Notes: generated by a model not told the origin, from the sequence alone. A stretch of DNA of 63,620 bases, filler included, from Rhabdomonas costata (GCA_019059605.1; 32 parts of 32 records of this genome joined end to end with filler, not necessarily neighbours in it), one strand, 5' to 3'; counted from the first letter of the whole stretch, positions 25,730-38,428 are shown. A program made the numbers and translations.

Positions 25730-25837
25730 TCATTCCTTGGAGTCTACAATGCCCTCCTCAGAGATGTTGAACACCGCCTCGTCCTCCCGCAGACATGGTG
25801 AGTCCACCACTCGGCACACCCGCTGCTCGCCGCGGCT
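25730..25837 (-). CDS. RAD51/DMC1-family recombinase C-terminus
   Basis: The minus strand reads SRGEQRVCRVVDSPCLREDEAVFNISEEGIVDSKE*, matching the conserved 'GrGe.R.ckiyDSP.lpE.Ea.F.I...Gi.Dak' tail. Not in the ORF track. Confidence 0.9.
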   Translation of the reverse strand, partial: SRGEQRVCRVVDSPCLREDEAVFNISEEGIVDSKE

Positions 25838-28142
25838 NNNNNNNNNNNNNNNNNNNNNNNNNNNNNNNNNNNNNNNNNNNNTTAATTAATTAANNNNNNN
25901 NNNNNNNNNNNNNNNNNNNNNNNNNNNNNNNNNNNNNGGGTGTTGTGTCCCATCAGTATCGTGATGCCTTGTGCCAGTTCAGTGTGGGTATATTTCTCTC
26001 ATGATGATAATGTTGCTGTCAGGCATGAGTCATGAGCGTGGGTGAGTGAGTGAGGAAGGGAGGGAGGGAGTGGCCTTCTGTTTGTGTGACTTAAGTAAGT
26101 AGGCAGTTTGCGCGTTTGGTAAAGAAAATGTTGAGAGTTATGATGAAGTGGGGGTTTTTTAGCTGAGGCGGCTCGGGGTGAGTATGGCGGGATGGAGCTG
26201 CAGGGCCGTCGCTGCTCTGCCGCGGAGGCCTCCACCGCGAAGGCGGCCTGGCCTGCCCCAAGACCTTCCACTCCAACGGCAGCCACTTCCGCCGCGGAAG
26301 CCGAGGGCGGAGGTTTGTACAGGCCGCCTCTAAACGATGATCCATTGCAGTGCCGGGCTTTCTTACAATTGCAATAAATTAGAAAAAAAAACTGAGATAA
26401 ATTTAGGCAAAGAAAAAGAAAGGCTTCTCTCTGAAGTTCGTTCATATTCGCTGTTCTCTCTGAAGTTCGTTCAAATTTTCTCTCCTTTCGCTGTATCCCA
26501 ACACATCGCCAGCCCAATGGGATTTCAAAGTTTACCACGGCACAGGGCTGACGGCTTATTATGCGAGCTTTCTTGCGGCACTCCACAGCAAGTGGAGGAG
26601 CCGTGGCATCAAGCCCATTAAGCGAACGTGAGTGGAACTCTACCGCTTTTTCTGTCGGCGCTGCGTGTACACTCACCTTTTTCTTGTCAGGTGGAGCTGA
26701 GGTTTGCCTTGCTGCAGCTGAGTCCAAGGAGGTACAGTCCTACCATCACATGCCATATGCCATGTCAACGCGACTTCTTTTTTTCATACCAACAGCAGCT
26801 GACGCTGATGAATGCGTCTTGCAAAGGCCCGGCAACAGGCCGGCTGGACCATGGTACATACCATATAACTAACATAACATATAACTACATCTTAAACCCC
26901 TTGAGACCCCATGGCCCGGCTAGGGCTATTGCAGCGGCCCAGCTATTAAGGGCACCCACACGCGCAGGTGGAGCTGTTGGAGATTAAAGGATTCCCTCCA
27001 AATATGTGCCTACAGTATATAGGTCCACTTGAGTTTGAAGGACCGGGAGCTACCACCGATGTCGCTCCCCTCTGGGCGGCGACTGGTTCAAAGGAAATCG
27101 CTCACTTTAGTATCGTGGCAAAGAGAATACATCCGCCGGGCATGCTCCTTCGCAAGCGGATAATGTCTTTTTCGCTCTTTCGTGGCAGGCCAGTGGTGGC
27201 CCGCGGCGTCGGAGGCTCAGCAGTGCGGCCCCGGCACGCCCTGGAGACCGTGCAAGCACCCTCCCTATAACCCCTCCCGCCACAAGTACTGCTCCACGGC
27301 ACCCATCCGTCGGTCCTTCGAAGGTGCACTCACCCGCCCACCTCATTCCCCACCCAGGGTTGCAGGCAGTAGCAAACTCTTTACCAACACAACGAATCTT
27401 TCCTGGTTGTTTTGGTGAAGTGAACGGTGAACAGTTCGGCTTGCCGATTTTTAGGAATTGAGCGAGTGCCAGCACCTCAATGAATGAATTTTTTTTTGCG
27501 ATTTATGCAAACCTGTCTCCGGGCGTTGGCCTGGGAGAAGGAAAAGCTCAGTTTAAGAGGACAGTGACAATATGTACCACCTCCTCGTCTCTAAACGCGC
27601 TTTGTTCCAGCACACCATTTGGGTTCGCTTTTGACGCATCTATTGCGCATACACTCATACCCGCTACCCCACTGCTCCCACATCAACGCATCAGTTACCC
27701 AGCCTCCCCTTCTCTTCTCTCAAAGTCGCTGCCCCACCGCCCTATTCCCATACGTAAACACACATACACAAAGCCTAAGCTTCCCTCTCACTCCTCCAGT
27801 TCTTCTCCATTCACCCCCCCACCACACNNNNNNNNNNNNNNNNNNNNNNNNNNNNNNNNNNNNNNNNNNNNTTAATTAATTAANNNNNNNNNNNNNNNNN
27901 NNNNNNNNNNNNNNNNNNNNNNNNNNNGGTGGGGTGGGAAAGAGGTGGAAAAAAGTCAGTATGTTCAAGGCCGAAACTTCATTATCCCTCTCATACTAGG
28001 GTGTGGGTTTGAGAGAAAACATGCGCTTCCCAAACACAGGAATTCTGATGCGGGGGAGTAGGGTCGGGGGGCGGGAATCTGATTTCGGCCATGGAGATAG
28101 GTTTGAGAAGAATAAAATAGAATACAGCGAGGTGGCCCTTAC

Positions 28143-28784
28143 GGAGGTGGCATACAGTTTGAGGTCTCGGATCTGCAGCCGCAGCTCCTTGCCGATATCT
28201 GTGTCCTTGATAAAGGTGCGGTTCACCCGCTCTCCTTCACTGAGGTGATGCCCTCCTCCACCCAGGTACACCTGCGACGAAGGGCGAGGCGAAAAATAGC
28301 TTGGTACCCCGAGCGAAACCGCTTCCCAGTCTCTCTGCGGCAGCGCAGGTGGGTGATTTACCAAAAAAAGAAAAAGTTAATGAGTTGCGTGGAACTTGAT
28401 TGCAATGTCAAACTAAAAACACGTCACGAGAAAACCACGGCGTTGAATAACCACTCTTCAGACTGAGCCCCTGAAAAATCCTACCAAAGGATATTTCTAT
28501 TGCCTTGACACCAGGAACGGACGCTGGAGTTTCCGAAGTCCGTTCCAAGTGGTGTTTTTGTTGGGAATCTTTGGGAACTCACAAGTGATCGAAGTGGAGC
28601 CTCCGTTCGCTTGCCCTCTGCAAAAGCGAAGCCCCTTAGCAGAAAAGAAAGTGGGTGAAGGCGAGGGTTCGACAAACCGTCTCCTCGTAGAGGTCCTCGT
28701 TGTCATAGATCGCACGGCTGAGGCTCACGAAGGGCTTGTAGGCGACCAGCGCCATGCCCACGGAGTTCGAGATTAAGGTGTACC
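28143..28784 (-). CDS. Multi-exon protein, possibly Ku70/Ku80 beta-barrel region; exons 28784-28678 and 28271-28143
   Basis: Clean phase-0 GT-AG join giving YTLISNSVGMALVAYKPFV..EETVYLG..RVNRTFIKDTDIGKELRLQIRDLKLYATS. The exons are well supported; the Ku resemblance is weak. Confidence 0.35.
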
Positions 28785-29953
28785 CTGTGGGGTTGCAAAC
28801 AAAAAACACCCTCAACAACACATTCTCCCCCATCCTTGAGTGCGGGGCACGAGTGGAAGTGGAATGGCATTCGTTGCAGGGCTGGCGAGGTTGGGCTGAA
28901 GAAGCACGGCACATTAGCAAATTTCTCACTGCGCAAAATGTGATGCGGAAACAGCAAGACGCGGATGCTCCCGCGCCCACTAGATTGGCGTCCGGTATTC
29001 CGCGGCTTTCCACCGCGCGCTCTTTTCACCCTCTTTCTCTCTCTTCGCTGAGGTCAAGAGTAAGACCAAAGAGGGCAATCGGTTCCATAAAAGGTGAAGT
29101 CAAGCGGAGAGGCCAAGCGGTGAGGGGTGGGGAGGCATACCAGCAATGCCCGTTTCCTTCTGGTAAGCTTTCGAGAACCCTCCGTCTATCACCAGGCACC
29201 TGGGCACCAGAAAAGACGCTCCGTCCAATTCCAAGCGCGGGGAGGGGCATTTCAACTCTTGCAATGAAAGGCGACCAAAGTAACACCTGAATCATGTGGA
29301 GAAGGGGAGGGGTGCGTATGCTTGAAGCTCGCACGTGCATGTATTGTGATCAAATTTCACGGAAATTCATTCACGTGCTTTTTATGTCGTCCACCGACCA
29401 GCACAGGATAAGCCAGCCAGCAAAAAGGAATCCATGTAAAAACCAGGGATGGCATACTTTCCACCGGCCTTCACAGGGGTCTCTCCCTTGACAACCTAAA
29501 TCGTGGGCAATACAGAAAACACACAGCATCGAAAGAAGAAACAAGCTGCCATAAAATCCCAGCAAGGCCCCACCCAGTTCAGTGAGATCATTGGCACACG
29601 CTTATCAGTGAGGTCATTCTCTGCAGCAAAATCTTCCTCCTGCGCTATCATCGCCAACACAAACACAGAAATGTGCAGCTTGGCACTTCCACTCTCAATA
29701 AAAGGCAATGGCGCAAGTCGGGAGAAAAGGAAATAATGATTCAGGAGGCGCACATCATCCAATGTGAAGAGAATAATACAATTTCAAAGAATGGGGTGCC
29801 GGCCCCCCCCAAAAAAANNNNNNNNNNNNNNNNNNNNNNNNNNNNNNNNNNNNNNNNNNNNTTAATTAATTAANNNNNNNNNNNNNNNNNNNNNNNNNNN
29901 NNNNNNNNNNNNNNNNNTGTGTGGGTATGTTTGGTTGGTGGTGGGGAGGCGAC

Positions 29954-31530
29954 CTTGCTGCGGCCCAGGACAACCCTGCTGAAGCTACCGGAGCCCAGCT
30001 CACGGCCCAGGTGGTAGTGCGCGGAGACCGCGGAGGGGCTGCCCCCTGCCGAGGAGCGAACCGAGGCGGCCAGGCTGGCCTGCCGCAGCGCCAAGGGCTG
30101 CTGAAACACGTACGTCACCACCGGGTCTGCGATTGACGATGGATGATTGGGGGAGGGGGTCCCACGTCACGGATGCATTACACAAAGATATGAGTCACCT
30201 CAGAAGTGACAGGTAAGAATAGAGAACCCATGTTCGAAAAAACATGCAAATGCCGTAAAAAAGATAAGTAAACTCGATAAGTGGAGCCTCTCAGCTTATT
30301 CTATGACACCACAGGCCAGAATGACGTGAGACACAATCAAAGCTGCAGAATGTCCGCATGTCCAGCCCCTAGACCACAGGTCCGTCGGACTTGGTGAAGG
30401 CAAACCAACACCGGGGAGGGGCTTCGGCTTAAGCAGAAAGGCACAGCGCTACCACTACCACCCAATCGGTCAGATACATTTTTTTGGGGGGGGGGAGGTT
30501 AACCGGCTTAACGTTGTCAAGCGGTGTGTTACAATACTGGAAGTTTTGTATTGGGGTACCAGGCTCGAAATTTCTGGTGTGATAGAGGCTGACTTTGATG
30601 AATTTGCTCGGGAAGGGCGATGGGCGGCTCCCAGGAGATGCCACACCAAAGGGAAGAGTTATTTTCGTGGCAAACCCGCTGCGTGGCCGGAGCGGGTGGT
30701 GGAGCGAATGTCTGGAGAAGGTGGGGGAGATTTCGTAGTCATCCGCCCCCAAAAACCCACACACGAAGGAGTTTTTCTGGCGGTCGAGCCTTCCAGCCCT
30801 TCCGGCATTGTTTTGAACCTTAACGGTTGCTAACGTTAAGGCGTTTAACATCCCCAGATCAACAGAAGGCATACTGCTGGCGGCTGAGAGGCTCACTTCC
30901 TCCCCACAGTGCAGGGGCAGGCGATTTCCCTTGCCAAGCTTCGCCCCACTTACGAAGGTTCCATTAGTGCTGAGATCCTCCACGAACACGTCGCCCGCCT
31001 CCCAGTACAGCCTAATTAAGGAAGCGAAAACGCCACGGAGGGGGGCGGGGCAGGAAACAAAATTGGCTTCCAGGGACAGGCAGACGGAGTTGGATAGAGA
31101 AAAATGGGACTTCGGTTGAATGCAAGGCGAGGCATTTTCCGGAGCAGGATGCGATACGATTAAGCAGTGCCCAGAATAGGGGGGGGGTAGGGGGTCAAAT
31201 ACATCTGAACCAATCATCAACAATCTTCGCCATGACGATCATCGTGACGTTCAGAAAATGTTCTGATCGTTTTAACGTTCCTTATGAGCGCAGTACTCTG
31301 GATATGTCACTTAGCAATCAACCCAAAAGGAAGAGATGAAAGGGTTTTGAAAAGCCCACTTCCACACACGAACCGGCAGTGGGTCGCGCTGACCCGAGGG
31401 TCGCTCAGGACGTAGGTGCATCCCGCACTGCGGCCGAGGGTTACTGTGGCCCCCTCTGGAATCGCGACGTCGGGAAACTTCTCTGGGTCCTTGGAGACCA
31501 GCTTGCAGCAGTCGCCCTCATCGGGCTCCT
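29954..31530 (-). CDS. FHA-domain Ser/Thr kinase (Chk2/Rad53/Dun1-like architecture); exons ~31530-31374, 31011-30875, 30126-29954
   Basis: FHA motifs TLGR..SATHC..EDLSTNGTFV..GEEVSL, followed by the kinase Gly-rich loop YHLGRELGSGSFSRVVLG. All joins are GT-AG and in phase. Confidence 0.88.
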
Positions 31531-31638
31531 TCGCCCAAGGCGCGCGCATACACACATGCATTGCCAACTCCTTTTGAAGTTTGGGCATTAGCTGAGAGCC
31601 GGCGACGATCGAAGAACTGTCTTATGTAAGAACTGGTA

Positions 31639-31804
31639 TGCAGCCGAAAGCGGCTTTTAGTGAAAGCCTGCCTGGCAACAGCTGAACTTCTCATTATACA
31701 ACGCCAAAACTCACAATAATGATTTCTTGTGAGTTTTGGCGTTGTATAATGAGAAGTTCAGCTGTTGCCAGGCAGGCTTTCACTAAAAGCCGCTTTCGGC
31801 TGCA
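31639..31804. repeat. 78-bp perfect inverted repeat with 10-nt loop at contig end (likely fold-back chimera)
   Basis: Arms 31639-31716 and 31727-31804 are exact reverse complements. Confidence 0.95.
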
Positions 31805-31908
31805 CANNNNNNNNNNNNNNNNNNNNNNNNNNNNNNNNNNNNNNNNNNNNTTAATTAATTAANNNNNNNNNNNNNNNNNNNNNNNNNNNNNNNNNNNNNN
31901 NNNNNNGG

Positions 31909-32058
31909 GTGTGGGCGGACGCCGTGCTGGTGTGCTGGGCCTGTGCGCGGTGCTGCCACCCCGGCCACGAGCTGCGGCCGCGGCAGTTCCGCAGCGACGT
32001 GGAGCAGCAGCCGGTGGGCTACTTCTGCCACTGTGGGGAGGCAAACCACGACCTCAGG
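31909..32058 (+). CDS. UBR-type zinc-finger exon (partial)
   Basis: VCWACARCCHPGHEL..GYFCHCG fits 'C..C...CH.GH.l....F.C.CG'. Confidence 0.65.
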
Positions 32059-33477
32059 GCAGATACACGTGCACATATTCGCACATCCGCACACTCGCAT
32101 GCGCTTCCTTTCCATGCACCATGTGGCGTCGTGGCATATGCAGCGATGGAGACATGCCCTTGTTCGCTGCTTGCCTTGCCTTCTCACAAACTGCTCATAG
32201 GCAGAGCGAAACGTCTTAGGGTGTGCGTGATTGCGTGCGATTATTCAGCGCATAGCGCGCTGGCTAATTTGGAAGGTAGGAGGGCGTCGGCGTCGGTAAC
32301 AGTGCCAATCCGAATTACCTGCAAACGTTCGGCAAGAAGGCCGGGGAGTGAGGGCTCCGCACCTTCCCCGGCCCTTCCACCTATTCCCGAACCCCCGCTT
32401 GTCCACCGCAGTGTGATGCAAATGGTGCTCGAATCCGCATGGACCGACATCTATTCTATTCTTTCTCTCTCCCCTTGAACTGTGCGCGCCTTTGTTCCAT
32501 GATGGGACCGTGGATCGCCTGTAATTCCTGCCGATGGAGAGGGTGCACCGCATTCTTACTCCTCGTTTTGGTCGTTCAGCAGGCGTTCTGAGCGTGAGAA
32601 GAAGTACACTGTCCCAGTCACCCAAACCAGAAGTGATGGTGCTCCCCAAATATTCAAATCCCCTGGCCTCGCCGAATTCAAGCACAATGGCCACGGCGGA
32701 GAACACTACAAGCACAGCACAGTTGCGTGCTTCACCATAGCTCCTTTTACTTGCTAGACAAGGCTTCCCTTTAGCACTGCCTTGAAGGCCATCCCAGGCG
32801 CGCTCTTCTCTGTGGACGCTGCTTCTTTTCGCACAGAAAAGACTGGCCGAGGTCGCTGCGGAGACACTTGAGCGGCAGCGAAAGGTTTGTATGCCTGCAC
32901 CAAGAGAAGCCCTGAAAAAGCGCTGGAGGTGAGCACCTTCGTTTTCAGCGAGTAGATTTGCCACGCCAATCAGCACACCCCGGGGCACATCCGCAGCTGA
33001 GGTTGCAAGAGAATGCCAAAGGACAGAGGCATCAGCTTCACATCAGGCAGCGCGCTGTCCGCTTAGCATACTTAAACACTCAAAAGCAAACACGGACGAA
33101 ACACCCCCCTTACCTCCACAATTGGATGCGCGCACATATACCTCCCTTCTCCCCTCTTTGTTTGGAGCTGGCACGTCTCTCCAACCAACCATCGCCTCGC
33201 TCTTTGCCTCAGCCGCGCTCCTCTCTCCCTTTTGAAGAATGCTCGTGTTGGCTGTGACCTGGGGGGGGTATCCCGTCTAAGTTTTTGTGAGGCAAGGGCA
33301 GCAAACGTGACGGTACGTTTTTCCTTCAGCAGCTCTTCGCTTTTAAAAATTTGATATTGCTAATTTTCTGGAAGATCGCTGATGAGAGAGCACGAGGAAG
33401 GTGACAGGCTCCCAACACTGCTTTTCTCACATCGCTTGCACAAAATTAATTTCATAGTTCGCTCTTGCGGTGCACAG

Positions 33478-33636
33478 GACTTCGGCCTAGACTGGCTGCC
33501 CACCCCGCCACGTTGCGGGACTTGGAGCAGTTTGCGCGGTACCAGAGGAAGCTGCTCAGTGCCGCAGTGGAGCTGCTTCGCCCCGGAGGACGAATGACGT
33601 ACTCCACCTGCACCATTAACCCCATGGAGAACGAGG
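33478..33636 (+). CDS. RsmB/NOL1/NSUN-family RNA m5C methyltransferase (NSUN6-like), internal exon
   Basis: GLRPRL..YQRKLLSAAVELLRPGGRMTYSTCTINPMENE contains the catalytic STC motif. AG/GT flanks. Confidence 0.88.
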
Positions 33637-36600
33637 GTTACTCCCCTGTGCTATTTTCAATGGCATTCAGATGCAATGCGGTTGGGGGGGGGGCACACCG
33701 TAAATCGAGACCTCGCGTATTCATGAAGGGAGGACATCTGCTACCATGGACATCCCTCTGGATTTACACACGCACAGGGACCAGAGGGAACATACNNNNN
33801 NNNNNNNNNNNNNNNNNNNNNNNNNNNNNNNNNNNNNNNTTAATTAATTAANNNNNNNNNNNNNNNNNNNNNNNNNNNNNNNNNNNNNNNNNNNNCCAAA
33901 CTCAAACCCCGCCGGGTGCTCCTCGTGGGCTGAGGCTGGGGTGGGGCACTTCCCAGGCAGCGAGGCAACCTCCGTGGCATCCCAGCTGTGCACCGAACCC
34001 GAATCTAAGGAAAAGAGCAAAGCAAGACGGGCCCCACGAGTGGAAGGAAGAGGAGCGCCGTGGTGCGATGGATCGAGATGTTGGTAAAGGAGGAGGGCTA
34101 GCTTGCGATGTGTTCACTGATGGATGGTAAAATCCGAAAAAAAAACCCTGAACATACGAGCTTTCAATGGACAAGAAGCGGCTGTGCTGACATGTAAATG
34201 AGGTAGGGCTTTTTCACTATGCCCAAACCCCTTGTAAGTCCATTTTTGGTATTCCTACAGAAAATCTTCCAAAGTCTCGTCACCCAAAGAGGTCCACTTC
34301 TAACTTCTAAGCGTATGAAAAGCGTATGCCCCATTGTATTCTTACATTTTCCGTGGGTCACTCCGTTGATCGAGTGAGTCTGATGGGACTTAAAGGGAGC
34401 CCCATTTCGCGAGTATAGAAGCAGGTGGGTTTCGTTTTGGGTGCCGTCAACAAATCCCACGCAGGGGAAAGAAGCAGAACAAGAGAAAAAGGAAGAACCA
34501 CCAAGGGGCATGGGTGAGTACCGGCTGCAAGGAGGCCCACTGTACACAGAAAAGACCGGCTTTGCCCTGCAAATGTAGCCTAGAGAAACCTCAAGGGTTT
34601 CTATTGCGAGGTGCATTGCCGCACAACTACCGATGTGCCCTATTCCCTGAAAGACGTGGAAGAAGGAAAGGGAGGGGAGGGGGCTTGAGAGCGCGTCGTG
34701 CGGGTTGAAAGGACACACCAGGACGAGAATCCTCATCCTGCGGCACTGCTTGTTGGGTGAGAATGGTCGCGTTCATAGAGGGCTCCGCCCCTCCCATCAA
34801 AGGATTCGACAGCGTCAGCTGGGATGTGCTTCCACCTTTGCGGAGAAAACAGAAGAGGAAGAGGTCACAAGATGCAGGCAAACATCACGGTATGGTGAAG
34901 GTGTTCTTGAGGTCTCCACCTCAGCTCAGGGAAAATCAAGTGTCCCCCGCATGGAACAGCCGCATAAAAGAAAAATGAGGAGGTGAGAAAATTATGAAAG
35001 AGGTGCCCAGGATGCCAGGGAGGGCAAGAGCAACGCGAGAGCGTCCTTAAGAGTTTTGGGTAAGCGCGTCGGGTGAACCATTTCCCGTCGGTGCGTAGCC
35101 ACAACAGTTGAATCAAAAAAGCGCTGCGGAAAAGGCAGAGGGAGGAGATTGTCGGACAGTTGGGGCAACGCAGATGGTGATTAGGGCAGCGCATCTCCGT
35201 AACTGGTGGTTAACGACAGGGACAAACAGGAAGAAACTCACGAGCCACCACAGAGGAGCACATCAGCAAAAGAGCTCCTCCAGCGGGTGGGCGCGGTAGG
35301 GGCAAGGGAGCATGTGGTGACCCAAGCACGGCACCTAACCCCCAGGCAGGTGGCAGTACGGCTGCCTATTCAGATCACAGCCTAAGGCATTTCTTTGCTC
35401 GTTAAAAGTAGTTGTCCTGAACGCGGAGGAGATCAATTTTCGTTTTGACGGGCATTTGCATATGTGAAGCTGCACCCATGCACAAGGCATAAGCTCAGCA
35501 CCACTCTCAGTAATCAGAAAAAATTCCTGTCCACAGAGGAAACGATCACCAGAGCAAATATTGCTTCTGTTTGTGTGCGTGCGTGCGCGAGTGACTTTAC
35601 GTGAGAGATAGAGAGCGAGAGAAAAGGCAACGCACCACGAGAGGAACGGCGCAGCCTTTGCAGGGAGGTCTCGTCTGAGCCCGAATGGTGATGGGATGCT
35701 CTTCGGCCCGCTGAGCCACTGAGGCTGGGGCAGTTGCTCGAGCCCTCGCGGGTTCGCGGGGAGTCCGCCGGCATCGACAGCGTCANNNNNNNNNNNNNNN
35801 NNNNNNNNNNNNNNNNNNNNNNNNNNNNNTTAATTAATTAANNNNNNNNNNNNNNNNNNNNNNNNNNNNNNNNNNNNNNNNNNNNCTGTGATTTCATTCG
35901 TTTTGTTTCGAAGGCTTTTTGTGGCTGCGGCAATCTCTGTGTTGGCTTCCTCGGCCGCGCGAGGTCAGAATCGTTGTGAACATATGAAGTCATTCATATG
36001 TTTATTCCTCCCTTCGCTTTCCAATGCCATGACAGCGCGCTTGCATTCCATCCAGTTCCCCTCCATTTTTTTCTGCCTGCCTCATCTTTCTTTTGTGCGG
36101 CGGTACCATGTGGAGGACCTTTGTCGCTGGACATTGTGTTGCCGAATTCCTCTCACAGGACACCCAGCCGACCTCCCCTACCCAGCCTTCCGCGGTGATG
36201 CGGCTTCGCAGCTGTGCGCAGGGCCTGTGGAACTTACAGTGCGGGTTTTCCAAACATCGGACGAGGTACACCAACTTTTGCCTTGTTGTGTGGGCAGTTC
36301 AATTGAAGCATGCCAAACCGAAGCTTCTACCCATCCAAAGCGGCTCTTTTCTCTCCCTCATTCTGTCACCTCGGCTGATTCAAAAAGCAAGAGAGTCGCC
36401 TGAAAGTCGCCTGTCCCTGGAACCACGGCGTCATTCTCTGTTGAAAGGTCTCCCCACATTCAAGACTTTGCACGAAAGGGGGATACGGTGTTGCACGTGC
36501 TCCCTCGAGTTGTGTCCAGGATGCCGCTGACTGAAGCGAAGCGGCCCATGATCCTAGGCGCTTTCATGGGCAGCTGCAGGCTTTGGTCGATCGAGGGCAT

Positions 36601-36762
36601 TGACTGAGAAAATAGCAGTTTTCTTACAGAATAAGTGAACAAGTCCATACGTGTTTCTGTTTCCTGCGCCATCACGGACCGAAAGGAAGCCCATAGGAAG
36701 GGGTTTGGTTGGCATGGACACAGAGATAAGAAGAGCACGGATTGCACCCACCCCTCCCGCAG

Positions 36763-37774
36763 CCTTGGTGGTGCCGTCGGCTGCGCGCAGGGCGGGGCGT
36801 ACTCGAAGATCAAGCCCACAACGAAGCTGGTGATTGATGAGCCTGGTAATGAGCCTGGCCGTGGCGGCACGGCGATTGGGCTGAGCTTCAGCAGCGCGGT
36901 GAGCATGCAGGAGGAGAACTCCTCCAGAAGGAGCTCAGCCTGGTCCTCAATGCCGTGCAGAGCTTCGCTTTGGTCCAGGACCAGCAGCAGGCGGTGCGTA
37001 GGCGGTGTGGGGGAGTGACGAGGATTGGCTTGGAAGAGAAGAGAATTGAGATGGGGGGAATGGAGATGTCGGATACGTGTCCAGCGATTCCCCACCACCA
37101 CCACCCTTTGCCTTGCTCTAGCTCTTTGCGTTGATGCAGAGGCAAGTTATTTTCTCGCGATAAAGCTAAAACTGAAATTGAAAGCTGACTCACGTTCACA
37201 ACCTTTTGCCACCTCCACCCCACCCACGGCAACGGATCTTCCCCAGCAGAGAGAGAAGAAATGCTCGAAGAGACTCCAGGATCTGAACAGAGGATGGGCG
37301 GGAAACGCAAGCGCATTTTCTGGGCATGTAGTTTGGGCATCTGTTTCTGGCCACGCTCAGCTGCTGCAGCAATTTGACACCGCGCTGCTGATGGCGGATA
37401 TGGTGCAGAGCATGGTCTTCGACAACGACCAGGACACGGTGGCCACCCGTGGTGACAGCCCAGCTTCTGGCCGTGGTGGTGGATCAGCTCTTTCTCTCCA
37501 CCTCTGCAGGCCTTGCTCAGAGCCGCGCCGCGCTGGTCTCCAGCCACCTCAGCGTGCTTTCCGTCTCGGGAACCTCCCGGGATGCCCTGGTCGCCGTGGT
37601 GACTGGCCTCAACGGCGGCGTGCTGGGCAACTTCGACTTCGTCCTACTCGTTCAGCACACTCCCAACACCACTCGAGCCAACTCCCTCGCTCCGGGAACG
37701 GCTTTACTGACCCCGCTCCCCGGGTGCCCACAGGGATTCATCAGCCCCAACTGCAGCACATTCAACACCACCCC
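36763..37774 (+). CDS. Hypothetical protein, exons 36763-36845, 36911-36993, 37361->37774 (apparent +1 frameshift near 37448)
   Basis: In-phase GT-AG joins (..KLVIDEP/GGELLQKELSLVLNAVQSF..QQA/LLQQFDTALLMADMVQ..). The GC3-rich frame shifts at GCCACCCGTG. Confidence 0.55.
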
Positions 37775-37874
37775 NNNNNNNNNNNNNNNNNNNNNNNNNN
37801 NNNNNNNNNNNNNNNNNNTTAATTAATTAANNNNNNNNNNNNNNNNNNNNNNNNNNNNNNNNNNNNNNNNNNNN

Positions 37875-38428
37875 ACTCCTTGGCCACGAGGTATTGTCCA
37901 AATCCGATTTTGTAATTCCCGAATGCCAGCGCTCATCGAAGCTTCCCCACGCAAATTCTTGGCGCCTTCAAAGGGTGGGTGCTTTTCATTCTTTTCTGTG
38001 ATCCTGTCTTGTTTGTACCCGGCAAGTGGGTCACTGACTGTACACCGTCTGGGTGGGTGCGGGTGCGGTTGTCGGTGAGTCTGACCTTTCTGTGGGCTGT
38101 GATCTTTGGGCGGCAACATGCCTCGGCTGTCGCTGAGTAAGGCAGAGAAGCTGTTCATGGAGGAAGGCGTCCGCGAGAACGTCCGGGGGGACGGCCGCGG
38201 CCGCCTGGAGTTCCGGAGCTTCGACCTGGGTTCGACCCCCCTCCTCCCTGTTGGCGACAACACTGAATCAGATTTCTGAGAACTTTGGCAACCCAGCGAG
38301 AAAGAACGTGACACCCTGAAGTGGAACGATATTTCAAAAACTGAAAACATTCGTGGGGAAGCTTCGATGAGCGCTGGCATTCGGGAATTACAAAATCGGA
38401 TTTGGACAATACCTCGTTGCCAAGGAGT
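37875..38428. repeat. 77-bp inverted repeat (1 mismatch) flanking a 400-bp segment
   Basis: Arms 37875-37951 and 38352-38428. The left arm is the contig start. Confidence 0.93.
38118..38229 (+). CDS. RRP42: Exosome component RRP42/EXOSC7-like, first exon
   Basis: MPRLSLSKAEKLFMEEGVRENVRGDGRGRLEFRSFDL matches 'LS.aEk.yi..Gv..d.R.DGR...dyR'. GT donor at 38230. Confidence 0.78.

Noticed and set aside
32630..32680. FEYLGSTIT on the minus strand, similar to a LINE RT thumb motif
   Set aside because: An isolated motif with no flanking RT motifs found.
36460..37104. 214-aa minus-strand ORF, along with similar long ORFs at 25999-26727 and 32245-32988
   Set aside because: Probably shadow ORFs of GC-rich exons or chance. 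At 36.8 kb the plus strand has the in-phase splice structure.
37441..37450. Programmed frameshift in the hypothetical gene
   Set aside because: A single extra C in a short C-run with no slippery heptamer. A sequencing or amplification error is more likely.
38228..38241. GGTTCGACCCC, similar to a tRNA T-arm
   Set aside because: It coincides with the RRP42 exon donor site, and no other tRNA arms are present.
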